From Eledone cirrhosa (Eukaryota), in contig OZ024751.1 of the NCBI GenBank assembly GCA_964016885.1, forward strand, positions 51,460,001 through 51,524,000: a stretch of 64,000 nucleotides of DNA. The letters run 5' to 3'. The number at the start of each line of letters is the position of its first letter. Within the stretch, counting starts at the first letter, position 1. Positions 39,346 to 52,923 of the stretch are shown one piece after another. A program made the position numbers and the translations under genes. The notes under the pieces are model-generated. The model was not told the origin of the DNA, did no database searches, and saw only the letters and a list, made by a program, of their open reading frames with translations.

Positions 39346-40576
39346 TTAAAAGTTAACACTGTTACAAAAAGCATTAATATTTTTTTTTAAAAACAGAAAA
39401 TAAGAGGGAATCACACATCAATGAGAGACTTGTGTGCAAAATATTGAATAAGGTTCATTGACATTATATGATGCTAAGAAAACAACAGGAGAAAACTACA
39501 AACTGTCTCATGACACTGAACATTAGATGTTTATTGGAAACAGGAAAAAAACAACTTAAAAGAAGGTAAACATATACAGGTGGCAAGGGGTTTGTATACA
39601 GTGGTGGGAGCATCAGTTTTGTGTGATGGTGGAGATATATCTGGAGATATGGTAACTGAACAGGCTAAAATATTTCATGAACAATTTGATTTTTCAGCAA
39701 TACTTTGAATATTCAAATGGTTCACTTCACATGATGAGATATGGGTTCTGTCAGAACCTTGAGGAGGGCAGGGGTGTGTGGGTCTATGTGTATCTGTGTG
39801 TGTGTGAGTTTGTGGGTTTGTGTGCATGTGCATGTATGTATGCATGTATGTGTGTGTAGGTATGTGTGTGTGTTTGCATTATGAATTTTGAGGAGGAGGG
39901 TCTATGTGTATTTGTGAGTGTTCAGGTGTGTGGGTTTCTGTGTATGTGTATGTATGTGTATGTGTGTGTATGTGCATGTGTGTGTGCATGTATGTGTATG
40001 TGAGTATGTGTGTTTGTTTGCTGATGAAGCTGCCATTGCATCTTTCATAGAAGAATTTGACAAATTCAGTGACCAATGAAAAATTTATTGTCAGAGCAAA
40101 TCCATAATGTAAATGGAACTGACCTTTTTTCTGGAAATGTATGCCTTGGAAGAACTTGGCCAAAAATACCAAAATTCCATCCTACAACAGAAAGCAATCA
40201 ATTCTCTGGTATATTCAGTTGGCAAGTGAGTTAATCATAGAGCTTGAGCAAAGAAATTTTATTTCTGAACCACAAGTGGTGGGGAATGCATGTGGCCTCG
40301 TGGTTAGGGGGCTAGAATTACCACCATAAGGTCATGTGTTTGGTTCTTTACAATGTAAATTCAAATCCATTCATGGCCAACATGAGAGGTAGACTTAATC
40401 CAATGTCCAGTTTAACCACCACTTTGCCTTTGATGTCTTACTGTTACACATTACAACATGCATAGAATTCATTTAACTTTTAACTCTACAAAATACTTCA
40501 GCAGTGCTGGTATAGACACTGCCTGTGTCTCTCTCACTCTCCCCATCTCTCACTATTATAAGCAAATGGGGCCATG

Positions 40577-40625
<49 letters not shown>

Positions 40626-40757
40626 GTGTATAGGTGCAAGACAATTGTATCCATAGGCAGTATGCCAGGTGAGCACTCGATGCTCGCGCAGAGCAGAGTA
40701 TAATAGTATAAGAATAAAGGAACAAAGAATCAGTGTTGCATCATAACATATTTAATA

Positions 40758-40849
40758 ACATATTACATATGTTTCACTGTCGATCAGTTCAAGGAATGAT
40801 CTATTATTGATTGAACCTGGCTCTGGAATCAAAAGATCCTCAGATATGT
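40758..40849 (-). ncRNA. Type I hammerhead ribozyme with a long helix II domain, in an element ~40708-40870
   Basis: Reverse strand ACATAT-CTGAGGA-(61 nt, partly paired)-GAAA-CATATG-TA|ATATGT: perfect 6-bp helix I, palindromic ACATATGT, GUA triplet. Confidence 0.8.
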
Positions 40850-41120
40850 CTCAGTATGTAAGCTCGTCTCTAGAGGCATATCTTGAGCAAGACACTTTAT
40901 TTCATGTTACTCCAGTTTACTTAATGCCAATGCCAAGCTTTATTGGCTATTGTCTTTCCCTTGGACAACAGCAGTGTGGAGAGGGGAGATCGGTGTGCAT
41001 GGGTGACTGCTGATCTTTCTCAAACAAACTTGCCTGTACTTGTGCCTCACAGGGGAACTATCTAGGTAAAAATCCTATGGTTATATATGACCAAAGGGGA
41101 TCTTTACCCTCTACATATAT

Positions 41121-41530
41121 ATCATCATCATCGTTTTACGTCCGTTCTTCCACGCTAGTATGGGTTAGACGGGTTTTCCTGTTGTGGGCAGTGTCCGGTC
41201 GACTGACCTTGCCTTGCTCATACAGGAACTGATTCTGGCTTGATTTTTACAGCTGGATGCCCTTCCTAACACCAACCTCATTTACAGTGAGTGCTGGGTG
41301 CTTTTTTTCCATGGTGCCTACACGTCCACTTTACACTTTGGGCTGGGTGCTTTTTTGCTGTGGCACCTCCACGACCACTTTGCAGTGGGATGGTGTGGGG
41401 GCATATTGTCTATATGCTTCAGCTTTGGCTTCTACCCGTGGGGTGTCAGGTCTTCTGTATTACTGCGTGACGCCAGAGGTCATGGTCGTGTGTCATCGCC
41501 TTTGAGAGGTGTAATTGGCTAAGGTCGACT
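41121..41530 (-). mobile_element. RTE-3'UTR/SINE-related fragment with (GAT)n tail
   Basis: Shares CTGGATGCCCTTCCTAACACCAACC and the adjacent block with SINE A and the RTE 3' UTR. Confidence 0.65.
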
Positions 41531-41584
41531 TTTATATATATATATATAAATATACACGGGTGTGTATGATTGTGTATAGAAGAT

Positions 41585-41973
41585 TATATTAATAAAAGGA
41601 ATTCCAACTTTGTCTGATTTACTCGTTTTATTTACAATCCTTTAAAATTATAATGATATTATAATGAAATAGTATGGTAGAATATTAACTGTTAAGTGTT
41701 AATTGAACAAGTACTTTCATGCTTTCGCAATCTTCAGGTTCATATTCAGTGGTGACAGTCAAGTTTGCAATTTTTAACAGTTGAAAATTGCAAACTTGAC
41801 TGTCACCACATATTAAGAACCTGAAGATTGCGAAAGCATGAAAGTACTTGTTCAATTAACACTTAACAGTTAATATTCTACCATACTATTTCATTATAAT
41901 ATCATTATAATTTTAAAGGATTGTAAATAAAATGAGTAAATCAGACAAAGTTGGAATTCCTTTTATTAATATA
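41585..41973. repeat. ~390-bp palindromic HHR element centred at 41779
   Basis: ...TTGCAATTTTTAAC-A-GTTGAAAATTGCAA...; arms mirror to 41585 and 41973. Confidence 0.92.
41817..41853 (+). ncRNA. Minimal type I hammerhead ribozyme (mirror at 41705-41741, minus)
   Basis: GAAC-CTGAAGA-tTGC gaaa GCAt-GAAA-GTAC-TT|GTTC: GNRA-capped helix II, palindromic AGTACT. Confidence 0.88.
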
Positions 41974-42614
41974 TATACATATATAAAAGTTTTATCTGGG
42001 CCTGAATTTAAGAGTTAATGATTTGATATTAGGGTTAGCCAGGTCTGTAATGTTTATGAATTGAGATTGAAAATCCTGTTTGTCTGGTTATAATAACCAA
42101 CTGTTCTCTCTCTTTCTCTCTGACTTTAACATAAAACAATGTTCATAGCCAGACTAAATATGGTCACTTATATGTAATAGCTTACGTCATGTATTATGTT
42201 GGGGAACGATATATGAATAATGTGTTTAAGTAAGTTTACATTCTCATAAACAGACACATACATATATATACACACTGATTTATATATATATATACATATA
42301 CATATATTTATATGTGTGTGTTTGTGTATATACACACACATATATATATGTATGTACATATATATATATATATGCATACATATATATAAATTTATATATA
42401 TATATGTATACACATATATATATGTATGTATGTATATATATGTATGTATAAATTATATATATATACACACACACACACATATATATACATATATACACAC
42501 ACATAAATGTGCACACATATATATTATACATGTATACATATGTATACACCACAGCCAAGACAATAACTATAACATACAGTCAATAAGTACAGTAACATTA
42601 AAAACATATAGCCA

Positions 42615-43071
42615 TTATCATCACTATCATCATCATCACCATCATCACTATCATTCTCATCATCACCATCATCACCATCATGATCATCACTATCATCAAT
42701 ATCACCATCATCACCATCACCATCATCACTATCATCAATATCACCATCATCACCATCATCACTATCATCAACATCACCCTCATCATCATGACCATCACCA
42801 CCACCACCATCACCATCACCATCATCAGTATCATCATCATCACCATCATCAGTATCATTACCATCACTATCACCAACATCACCATCATCACCGTCATCAT
42901 CATCACTATCTCCATCATCACCATCATCATCGTCATCACTATCATCATCACCATCACCATCATCATCATCATCACTATCATCATCACCATCACCATCATC
43001 ATCATCATCATCACTATCATCATTACCATCACCATCATCACCATCACCATCACCATCATCACTATCATCAT

Positions 43072-43102
<31 letters not shown>

Positions 43103-43313
43103 TCACTATCATCATCATCATCATCATCACCACCATCACCACCATCATCAGTATCATCATCATCACCATAATCATCATCACTATCATCACCATCATCACC
43201 GTCATCAGTATCATCATCATCACTATCACCAACATCACCATCATCACCGTCATCATCATCACTATCTCCATCATCACCATCATCATCATCATCACTATCA
43301 TCATCACCATCAC

Positions 43314-43345
<32 letters not shown>

Positions 43346-43470
43346 CTATCACCATCACCATCATCATCATCATTATCACTATCATCATCACCATCACCAT
43401 CATCATCATCATCATCACTATCACCATCACCATCACCATCACCATCACCATCACCATCACCATCATCATC
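42615..43470. repeat. (CAT)/(CAC) compound tract
   Basis: Direct inspection. Confidence 0.9.
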
Positions 43471-43684
43471 AGAGGTAAGGATTGACACACACACATACAA
43501 AATTGAAGATAGCAAGTTTGGCTTTTACAAACTACCTTCCTTCTTCTTGTGACCAAATACTGAAACTGACACATAACTGCCCCAGCTCCTGCAATTCTGA
43601 CTTAGATACATGATTCAGCTAATTGACTTATATATATATATATATATCATCATCATCATCATTTTACGTCCGCTCTTCCCTGCT

Positions 43685-43731
<47 letters not shown>

Positions 43732-43872
43732 AAATAGAAAAAATAGAAAAATAGAAAAAAATATATATAAATATATATAACCAAAGATTAATATGGTCCG
43801 TTGATTACTCAACGAATACAGTTTTATAATAGATTAGAAGCACTCAACAGCAAAGTTTTCATGGAGTTTTTA

Positions 43873-44203
43873 ATATTATTCAAAATGTTAACAAATGAAA
43901 AATATTCACATAATCAAAATATATACTTTATTATATATATTTCAAAGGTACGGTGCTGTTTTTTTCAGTACGTCCTCATCAGACAAAATATATGATTTGA
44001 TATATGACATACCGCTACGGTCTTGATTATTCAATTTCAGATACGGGAATTGAATAATCAAGACCGTAGCGGTATGTCATATATCAAATCATATATTTTG
44101 TCTGATGAGGACGTACTGAAAAAGACAGCACAGTACCTTTGAAATATATATAATAAAGTATATATATTGATTATGTGAATATTTTTCATTTGTTAACATT
44201 TTG

Positions 44204-44211
<8 letters not shown>
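43873..44211. repeat. ~340-bp palindromic HHR element (left arm extends to ~43727)
   Basis: TTGATTATTCAATTTC-agatacg-GGAATTGAATAATCAA centre; few mismatches between arms; ends in (TA)n. Confidence 0.92.
44096..44158 (+). ncRNA. Type I hammerhead ribozyme (mirror at 43926-43988, minus)
   Basis: TTTTGT-CTGATGA-GGAcGTACTG...CAGTACcTTT-GAAA-TATATA-TA|ATAAAG. Confidence 0.78.
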
Positions 44212-44250
<39 letters not shown>

Positions 44251-44295
44251 AACAAAGGAACAAAAAATCAATGTTGTATCATAACATATTTAATA

Positions 44296-44387
44296 ACATA
44301 TTACATATGTTTCACTGTCGATCAGCTCAAGGAATGATCTATTATTGATCGAACCTGACTCTGGAATCGAAAGATCCTCAGATATGT
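44296..44387 (-). ncRNA. Hammerhead ribozyme, same family as 40758, in an element ~44247-44411
   Basis: Core, helix I and helix III identical to the 40758 copy; substitutions confined to the helix II domain. Confidence 0.8.
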
Positions 44388-44559
44388 CTCATATGTAAGC
44401 TCATCTCAGATTTATATATATATATAGAGAGAGAGGGGGGTGGGGAGAATTTTCCATGGTCACCCCAAACTCTTAAAAATAGCAGCCAAATCTCCCTCAA
44501 ATCACACTCTACCATTTTGAAAATGAAAAAAAGCATGTCACTACTGTCACTAACACCAC

Positions 44560-45245
44560 TTTACCACCACCATATCACCACTACCATCACTATCAACCCC
44601 ACTATCACCATCACTACCATCAACACCAACACTATTATTACCCCCACCACCATCAACACCAACACCATTATCACCACCATCAACACCAACACCATTATCA
44701 CCACCATCAACACCAACACCATTATTACCATCACCGCCATCAACACCAACACCATTATCACCACCATCAACACCAACACCATTATTACCATCACCGCCAT
44801 CAACACCAACACCATTATCACCACCATCAACACCAACACCATTATCACCGCCATCAACACCAACACCATTATTACCATCACCGCCATCAACACCAACACC
44901 ATTATCACCACCATCAACACCAACACCATTATCACCACCATCAACACCAACACCATTATCACCACCATCAACACCAACACCATTATCACCACCATCAACA
45001 CCAACACCATTATTACCATCACCGCCATCAACACCAACACCATTATCACCACCATCAACACCAACACCATTATCACCGCCATCAACACCAACACCATTAT
45101 TACCCCCACCACCACCAACAACTCCACCCTAAACACCATCATCATCACCACCACTATCATCACAATCCACCTCCACCATCATGATCATTACCACCACCAT
45201 CACTACCACCACCAGCACCATCATCATTTCCACCTCCACCATATA
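44560..45245. repeat. CAC/CAA-based minisatellite (24/30-bp units)
   Basis: ACCACCATCAACACCAACACCATTATC-type repeats. Confidence 0.9.
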
Positions 45246-45719
45246 CTCCCCCCTTCCCCAATGCTTCTCATCTTGGCAATCACCTCCATCCCCCTACACC
45301 CCACACAGGCTCCATGGTGACAACAGAATCAAATGCGCAGCTTCTGCAGGATAAACACCAGGGTGGCGGAGAGAGAGAGGGAGAGAGGGGGGAGAGAGTA
45401 TAGGAGGAAGGAGTTGAATATAAGTAGCAGTGGTTAGGGGGGGAGATGTGAGTATTGGTATGAGGAGGTTCTAAGTTGGAGGGGTGTAGTATGGGGGAGT
45501 GTGTGGAGATAAATGGTGATTAGCAGGTATAAACAACACTGAATGCCATAGAGAATGATTGAGCTCAGTGCCACTGTGCCACTGTGTCTCCTGGTACTGC
45601 TGTGACTTACCTGTCCAGGTATCTCACACAACCTACCTGTAATCATTGTTGTTCTTCTAATTAGCTAAGCTGTTCTCTATTGTTGCCTGCTGGTCTTCGG
45701 TGTGACAAGATGGACGAAG

Positions 45720-45801
45720 TTATTGTTGTTGCTGTTGTTGTTGTTGTTGTTTCTATTGTTGTTGTTGTTGTTGTTGCAGTTGTTTTTGTGTTGTTATTGC
45801 T

Positions 45802-45832
<31 letters not shown>

Positions 45833-45864
45833 TTGCTGTTGTTGTTGTTGTTGTTGTTGCTGTT

Positions 45865-45899
<35 letters not shown>

Positions 45900-46500
45900 T
45901 GTTTTTGTGTGTGTTGTCTCTATTGTTGCTGTTATTGTTGTCGTCGTTGCTGTTGTTGTTGTTTCTATTGTTGTTGTTGTTGCAGTTGTTTTTGTGTTGT
46001 TATTGCTGTTGTTGTTGCTGTTACTGCTGTTGTTTTTGTGTGTGTTGTTGTTGTCTCTATTGTTGCTGTTATTGTTGTCGTTGTTGTTGTTGTTGCTGTT
46101 GTTGTTGTTTCTATTGTTGTTGTTGTTGCAGTTGTTTTTGTGTTGTTATTGCTGTTGTTGTTGTTGCTGTTGTTGTTGTTGTTGCTGTTGTTTTTGTGTG
46201 TGTTGTTGTTGTCTCTATTGTTGCTGTTATTGTTGCTGTTGCTGTTGTTGTTGCTGTTGTTTTTGTGCTGTTGTTGTTGTCTCTATTGTTGCTGATAGCG
46301 TTGTTGTTTCTGCTATTGTTGTTGTCATTGTTGTTGTTGTTATTTCTGCTATTGTTGTTGTCGTTGTTGCTGTTGTTGTTGATTCTGTTTTTGGTGTTGC
46401 TGTTGTCATTGTTGTTTCTGCTATTGTTGCTGTTGTCGTTGTTGTTGGTGGTGGTGGTGGTGGTAGTGGTATTATTGTTGTTATTATTGTTGTTGTTTCT
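45720..46500. repeat. (GTT)/(GCT) compound tract
   Basis: Direct inspection. Confidence 0.9.
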
Positions 46501-48183
46501 GAATTCAAATCGTACCACTATTCACTTAGCCTTTTATTTCTCGGGATGGATAAAGAAAGTACCAGCCCATTGCTGGTAGAGATCTTTTTCCTTCCATTTG
46601 TCACATCCTGGGTGATCTACTGGTTCAAAGGAGGGTGTCTGTACATGCTTGTGACTGCATGGGCACCTAAAACACTTAGTAAATGCATACTACATGCAAC
46701 CAAGTCATACTCGATTATGAGTGACTGTTGTAGTTAGTAAGTTACTACTGCAGTGGATGATATAGTATTGAACAAACAATGACTGGAAAACATACACTAA
46801 AACTAATGAAATGGCTATGCCTAGACTGGAACACCTGTGACCATGGGTTTGTGCAATCAGCGTTGACTTGGAGACAAACAAAAACAACCACAAATTGAGC
46901 CGTTTTTTTTATTTAAAAAGATGTTTATGTGTGTAAAATTCTGAAGCAGGACAAAGATTTTCCAGACTGACAGTGTACATTAAATACCTAAGTGCACATA
47001 AACTGCAGAACATGAAGATAATTATGTTATGTGTTTAATGGGGTGTACAAATGTGCAAACTGCTTTTTAATCTTGAAGATCTAACACAGCTATCAAAGCA
47101 TAAGTTTTGCTCATTTATCACCATAAACAGGCAAATGGATGCATCTAGATGCTGCTTAAATTGCATTTATGATGCTTATGGTTGATTGCCATAACACACC
47201 AGTGGGTATACATACATGTGTACCCAGAGAGAATTCTTGATTATCACCTCTGTCCCCATTCTATTTAAAACACCATATTTTCCCATTTATCAATCATTCA
47301 TTTGAGAAGGAAGGAAGAAAAGAAAAACAAAAGGAAAGGGCATAGTTTGTGCAGCCTTTCCCAATAGAATCTGGTAGCTAATGAAATTCAGTTACTGACA
47401 TTATAGATTCAAGAATGGACCAATCAAATCATAAACTAGACAAGAAGCAGAATCATTTATCAATAAATTTGTGTTATGTCACAAAAGAAGGACATTTACT
47501 TGGCAGACAGACACTCCCCCTCCCCCTGTCGGCAGTGTGCAGAAAGCAGGATACAGGGTGTATCTTTGCAAGTCATAAGAAGTAACTAAACGGAACGGTG
47601 CCAGGAAGAACATCTGGCTCTAAAACATTGCCTCCATAAGTCCCGTCCAACTGATGCCGGCATGGAAAGGTCGACAAAAATACAATGATGATGATGATGA
47701 CAATACATATATAAATGTATGTATGTTTGTATATATATATATATATATGTTTGTATATATATGTTTGTATATATATATATCTATATATATATGTAGATAA
47801 ATCTACCAAGAGTTTACGGTAGTGTCCAATCCGTATGAAGAACTCAATGTAATCCGGATATCATGGAAAGAAGAGATGCAATGAAAAATCACTTTCGGTG
47901 AAAGATAAACGGAATACAGAGTCAAGATAAAATATTAAAAAAATAATGAATAAAACAATGAAACAGTTCCTTATATTAAACAAAAAAAGGAGACGGCATA
48001 TATATGTGTTGGTATGTATATTTAATTTTGATAGTTTGTATAATTTTGTATAATTTTGTACATAGATCTGTTGAATATGCATGCCAATTCTAACACATAT
48101 ATATCCTAGAAACGATCGTTAAATAATGAACTTTTTTTGTTTAATATAAGGAACTGTTTCATTGTTTTATTCATTATTTTTTT

Positions 48184-48292
48184 AAATCCCGCCGAGGTTA
48201 ACTTTGCCTTTCATCCTTACGGGGTCGATAAAATAAAGTACCAGTAATGTACTGGGTAATTTTCTGGCCTTGTGCCAATAGTAGAAACAATT
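48184..48292 (+). mobile_element. SINE family B, 5'-truncated
   Basis: AAATCCCGCCGAGGTTAACTTTGCCTTTCATCCTTACGGGGTCGATAAAATAAAGTACC. Confidence 0.8.
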
Positions 48293-48386
48293 ATTTTTTA
48301 AATATTTTATCTATATATATATGTATATATATATATACATATACACATATATATCTATATATATATATACACAGATATATATACAC

Positions 48387-48438
<52 letters not shown>

Positions 48439-48624
48439 GTAAATCAAGATGGATACAGTAAGAAACTGGTTAGATGATTACTCACCAGAGTACTCGATGT
48501 TTGGGGTAGTAGAGCATGGTTATATGAATGTGTCAGGACCCCAATGGCTGAGCTCTTGCTGGTTCAACAGCTAGTGTATATATATAAATATATATATATA
48601 AGTATATATATATATATATATATA

Positions 48625-49515
48625 CAGGGTGCAGACGATATTTGTTCACAAGATTACAGTCTAGGAAAAAATAACACAGTAGTTTTATTTTTTAAGATAT
48701 ATTTATCAAACTTCGGTCAGTTTGTCTTCATGACTTGTTCTTTCGATCTCACTCGATAAACCCGCCATTAGCTTTGATGACGGCCTCAAGGCAGCCTCAG
48801 AACCGGCTACAGGCCTTCGTTACTGTCTCCGACTTAGGCCCCTAAAGGCACTTGTGATCCTGGCCTTCAGATCATCTTTAGTATTGCAGCTAGATCTGTT
48901 GGTGTCTCGTTCTACTGTGCCCCACACAAAGAAGTCGAGGGGGATGCAGTCAGGCGAGCTGGGAGGCCAGATGTCAGGTGAAGTGTGGTCGATGAAGTTC
49001 TCTGACAGCTAGGCTTGGGTCTTTCGGCTGGTATGGCAGGGCGCTGAGTCTTGCTGCCACATGTACGGCCTACCTGCAGCTATCTGGTCAATCCAGGGCT
49101 TTACAACCTCGCTCAGAACGCGGATGTAGCCATCGGTATTCAGCTTGAGGCCCTCAGGGAAGAAGTGAGGTGGTATGATGTTACCTTGACTGCTGACGAC
49201 ACCTAAGACCAATGTTGTCGCTGGAAACTTTGTCTGCATGACTCTGGGCACGTCTTTGGATGAGACACCATTCTCCTGCTGATGCTGAGAAAGTCTGAAA
49301 TTTCCTTATTTGTCCACCCAGCGCGGATTCCAAGAAGAACTCCGTGTCTCTTCAACAAATTTGGAGGTTCAAAATTATTCATAATCAATTATTCTGAAAA
49401 TAAATAATGGAAATATAGTCAGTGCTTTTATGAAGACAAGAGTGACAACGGAAGTAAAAAAAATGTGCATAAAATTAGCAGTTGAAAATTGCGAACAAAT
49501 ATCGTCCACACCCTG
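48625..49515 (-). mobile_element. Tc1/mariner-superfamily transposon, DD37D (maT) type, internally deleted
   Basis: TA|CAGGGTGCAGACGATATTTGTTCACAA ... TTGCGAACAAATATCGTCCACACCCTG|TA; minus strand WQQDSAPCHTS...*...WPPSSPDCIPLDFFVWG with 37 residues between the 2nd and 3rd Asp; in-frame TAG; first catalytic Asp region missing. Confidence 0.9.
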
Positions 49516-49524
49516 TATATATAT

Positions 49525-49866
49525 CATCATTTCATCATTTCATTTTACGTCCACTTTTCCCTGCTTGCAAGGGTGGGACGGGAAGTGATTCTGGCTTGAT
49601 TTCTACAGCTGCATGCCCTTCCTAACACCAACCTCATTTACAGTGAGTGGTGGGTGCTTTTTTGCCGTGGTACCTCCACAACCACTTTGTAATGGAATAA
49701 TAGGGACCCCAGTCCCTATCATCTCATTTCTACAGCTGAGTAAACTGGAGCAATGTGAAATAAAGTGTCTTGCTCAAGGAAACAACACATCACCCGGTCT
49801 GAGAATTGAACTCACAACCTTTCGATTGCAAGGCCAATGCTCTAACCACTAAGCCATGTGCCTCCA
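49525..49866 (-). mobile_element. SINE family A copy
   Basis: Full length; matches 60733-61061. Confidence 0.88.
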
Positions 49867-49876
49867 TCTATATATA

Positions 49877-49912
<36 letters not shown>

Positions 49913-49922
49913 TGTATGTATG

Positions 49923-49965
<43 letters not shown>

Positions 49966-50008
49966 GTATATATATATGTATATATATGTATATATATGTA
50001 TATATATG

Positions 50009-50085
<77 letters not shown>

Positions 50086-50104
50086 GTATATATATATATA
50101 TATA

Positions 50105-50157
<53 letters not shown>

Positions 50158-50159
<2 letters not shown>

Positions 50160-51715
50160 CATCATCATCATCATCATCATCAGGTTTAGCGTCCGTGTTC
50201 CACGCTTGCATGGGTTTGGACGGGGGTTTTCCCACTTGAGGCAAGAGTGGTTGTCTTGCTCGCATAGGACTGTCTGGCGGGTTTTCTACAGTTGGATGCC
50301 CTTCCTAACACCAACCACATTTACAGTGTGGGGCTGGGAGGTTTTTACCGTGTTGCCTACACGGCCACATTACAGCGTGGACTGTCTGGCGGGTTTTCTA
50401 CAGCTGGATGCCCTTCCTAACACCAACCACATTTACAGTGTGGGGCTGGGAGGTTTTTACCGTGTTGCCTACACGGCCACATTTACAGCGTGGACTGTGT
50501 GTTTTTTGTCGTGACACCTACACGATCTCATTTGTTTCGGCCTGGATGTTGTGGGACCAACATAACTGTACATTGAAAGGGGCGGTGTGGATGGGGTGGA
50601 GGTGGTGGGACGGGGGGGTGTTTTGATAGAGATGCCTACTGACTGTAGTAGGTTTTTACTTTGTATTTAGGTAAGGCGGGTCTTCTCTATTACTGAGTAC
50701 CGCCAAAGGTCTCGGTCCAGTGACATTGTCTTGGAGAGGTGTAAGCGTGTGAGGTCGGAATTTATCAGCTCGTCCCATGTTTTTCTGGGTCTGCCTACTC
50801 CGTGGCTACCGTCTATCTTTATTGCCCTGCACTTTGTTATACAACTGTCGTCTTTCATGCGCATCACGTGACCGTACCAACGTAGCCTTCTCTCGAGTAA
50901 ACAACATCTGATCCCTCTTATTTCTAATTTTTTCCTTAGTTCGTTTATGCTTTGCCGTTCACGTATATTACTATTGCACATCCAGCGGAGCATGCAAGCT
51001 TCGTTCCTCTCTAGTCTGCGTATATCCTCTGCACACAATGCCCAGGTCTGACTGCCATGCAGCATTGCTGTTCGTATGCAGGCATCGTATAACCTGCCTT
51101 TCATTTTTAGGGAGAACCCTCTAGCGGCTAATAGTGGTATAAGCTCTGTGAACTTTTTCCATCCAGTTCTGACTCTAGCTACTGTACTTTCAGAGCACCC
51201 TCCCCCACTGCTGATTTTGTCACCCAGGTAACGGAAGCTGTCCACTATTTCTATAGAACCCTCTGCGCAGTTGAAGGAGCTAGTATTTTGTGGGCACTTT
51301 CTGCTACTTATTGCACCAGAGCACCGGCCACATGTAAAATCTATGTTCTTAGTTAGCTTACCTGTGATCCCACTACATCTTTTATGCACCCATACTTTGC
51401 ATTTGGGACATAAAATGGAGTTTCTACCTACGCCTTTCCTACACACTGAGCATGGCCATTTCCCAGATGGGACTGCCGCCTTATTTTCTTTCCTACAAAC
51501 TAGAACTTTAGTCTTAGCCAGGTTAATTTTAAGGCCTTTTGATTCTAGGCCGTGCTTCCATGTTTGGAATTTCTTCTCTAGTTCGGTCATTGATTCAGCT
51601 ATGAGCGTTAGATCATCTGCGTATAGGAGTTCCCATGGGCAGCCGGTCTTGAACTCCTCTGTTATAGCCTGAAGGGCAATAATAAATAGTAGGGGGCTAA
51701 GAACAGAGCCCTGAT
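50158..51715 (-). mobile_element. RTE family 1, 5'-truncated copy with a ~112-bp duplication in the 3' UTR
   Basis: Open frame from QGSVLSP to KTRLT*; both ends in (TA)n; GACTGTCTGGCGGG block repeated at ~50268 and ~50380. Confidence 0.95.
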
Positions 51716-51721
51716 ATATAT

Positions 51722-51814
<93 letters not shown>

Positions 51815-51815
<1 letters not shown>

Positions 51816-52150
51816 CTTAGTGGTTAGAGCATTGGCCTTGCAATCGAAAGGTTGTGAGTTTAATTCTCCGACCGGGTGATGTGTTGTTTCCTTGAGCAAG
51901 ACACTTTATTTCACATTGCTCCACTTTACTCAGCTGTAGAAATGAGATGATAGGGACTCCAGTCCCTATCATTCCACTGTAAAGTGGTCGTGGAGGTGCC
52001 ACGGCAAAAAAGCACCAAGCACTCACTGTAAATGAGGTTGGTGTTAGGAAGGGCATCCAGCTGTAGAAATCAAGCCAGAATCAGTTCCCGTCCTACCCTT
52101 GCAAGCAGGGAAAAAATGGACGTAAAATGAAATGATGATGAAATGATGAT
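51815..52150 (+). mobile_element. SINE family A copy
   Basis: GCTTAGTGGTTAGAGCATTGGCC...GGACGTAAAATGAAATGATG. Confidence 0.88.
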
Positions 52151-52923
52151 GATATATATATATACAAATATATATATATATATATACAAATATATTGTTT
52201 CTAAATAATCTTCTTGTATTTTAAAACCCCATTATTCGCTTATTATTACTGTTATATGCTTCTCCAATTATGCCCCCCAAAATTCGAAGATTTCATTTAA
52301 AACCTCTCGCTAACTACCCCATTTGTTCTAAATAATCTTCTCTTCTCTTTCTAAAATAACAATCTTGTTTGTTTAATTTTGGCCGAAAAATGCTAGGATT
52401 TATAAAATGGCCTCATTGTCCCTTTACCCCATCCCCACTATATCGTATTACGCGCTGGCTAGTTCACCCTTTCAATCACTCCCTTCTCTCACCAAATATA
52501 AATAAACCTGTTGCGAGGTACGACTCTCAGAATTTGTCAACGCTTAAAAATGGTCAGACCTCGTCCCTGCGAAGTATAATGTAAATGCCATTTTTCTTAT
52601 CGCTCTCCAGCCTACCGGTCCATTCATTCTCATCGCCCAGAATCCAATCTTTGCTCTCTCTCAATGCTATTCTATAATTCTGTCTGGTTGTTTCTAAATA
52701 ATCTTCTTGTATTTTAAAACCCCATTATTCGCTTATTATTACTGTTATATGCTTCTCCAATTATGCCCCCCAAAATTCGAAGATTTCATTTAAAACCTCT
52801 CGCTAACTACCCCATTTGTTCTAAATAATCTTCTCTTTGCTAACAATGCCAAAGATAACGACAAATTCACCTCAAGCTGCCGGACGAAAGAGCAAGGCCC
52901 CCTCCTCTTTGTTTCGGCTGCGG

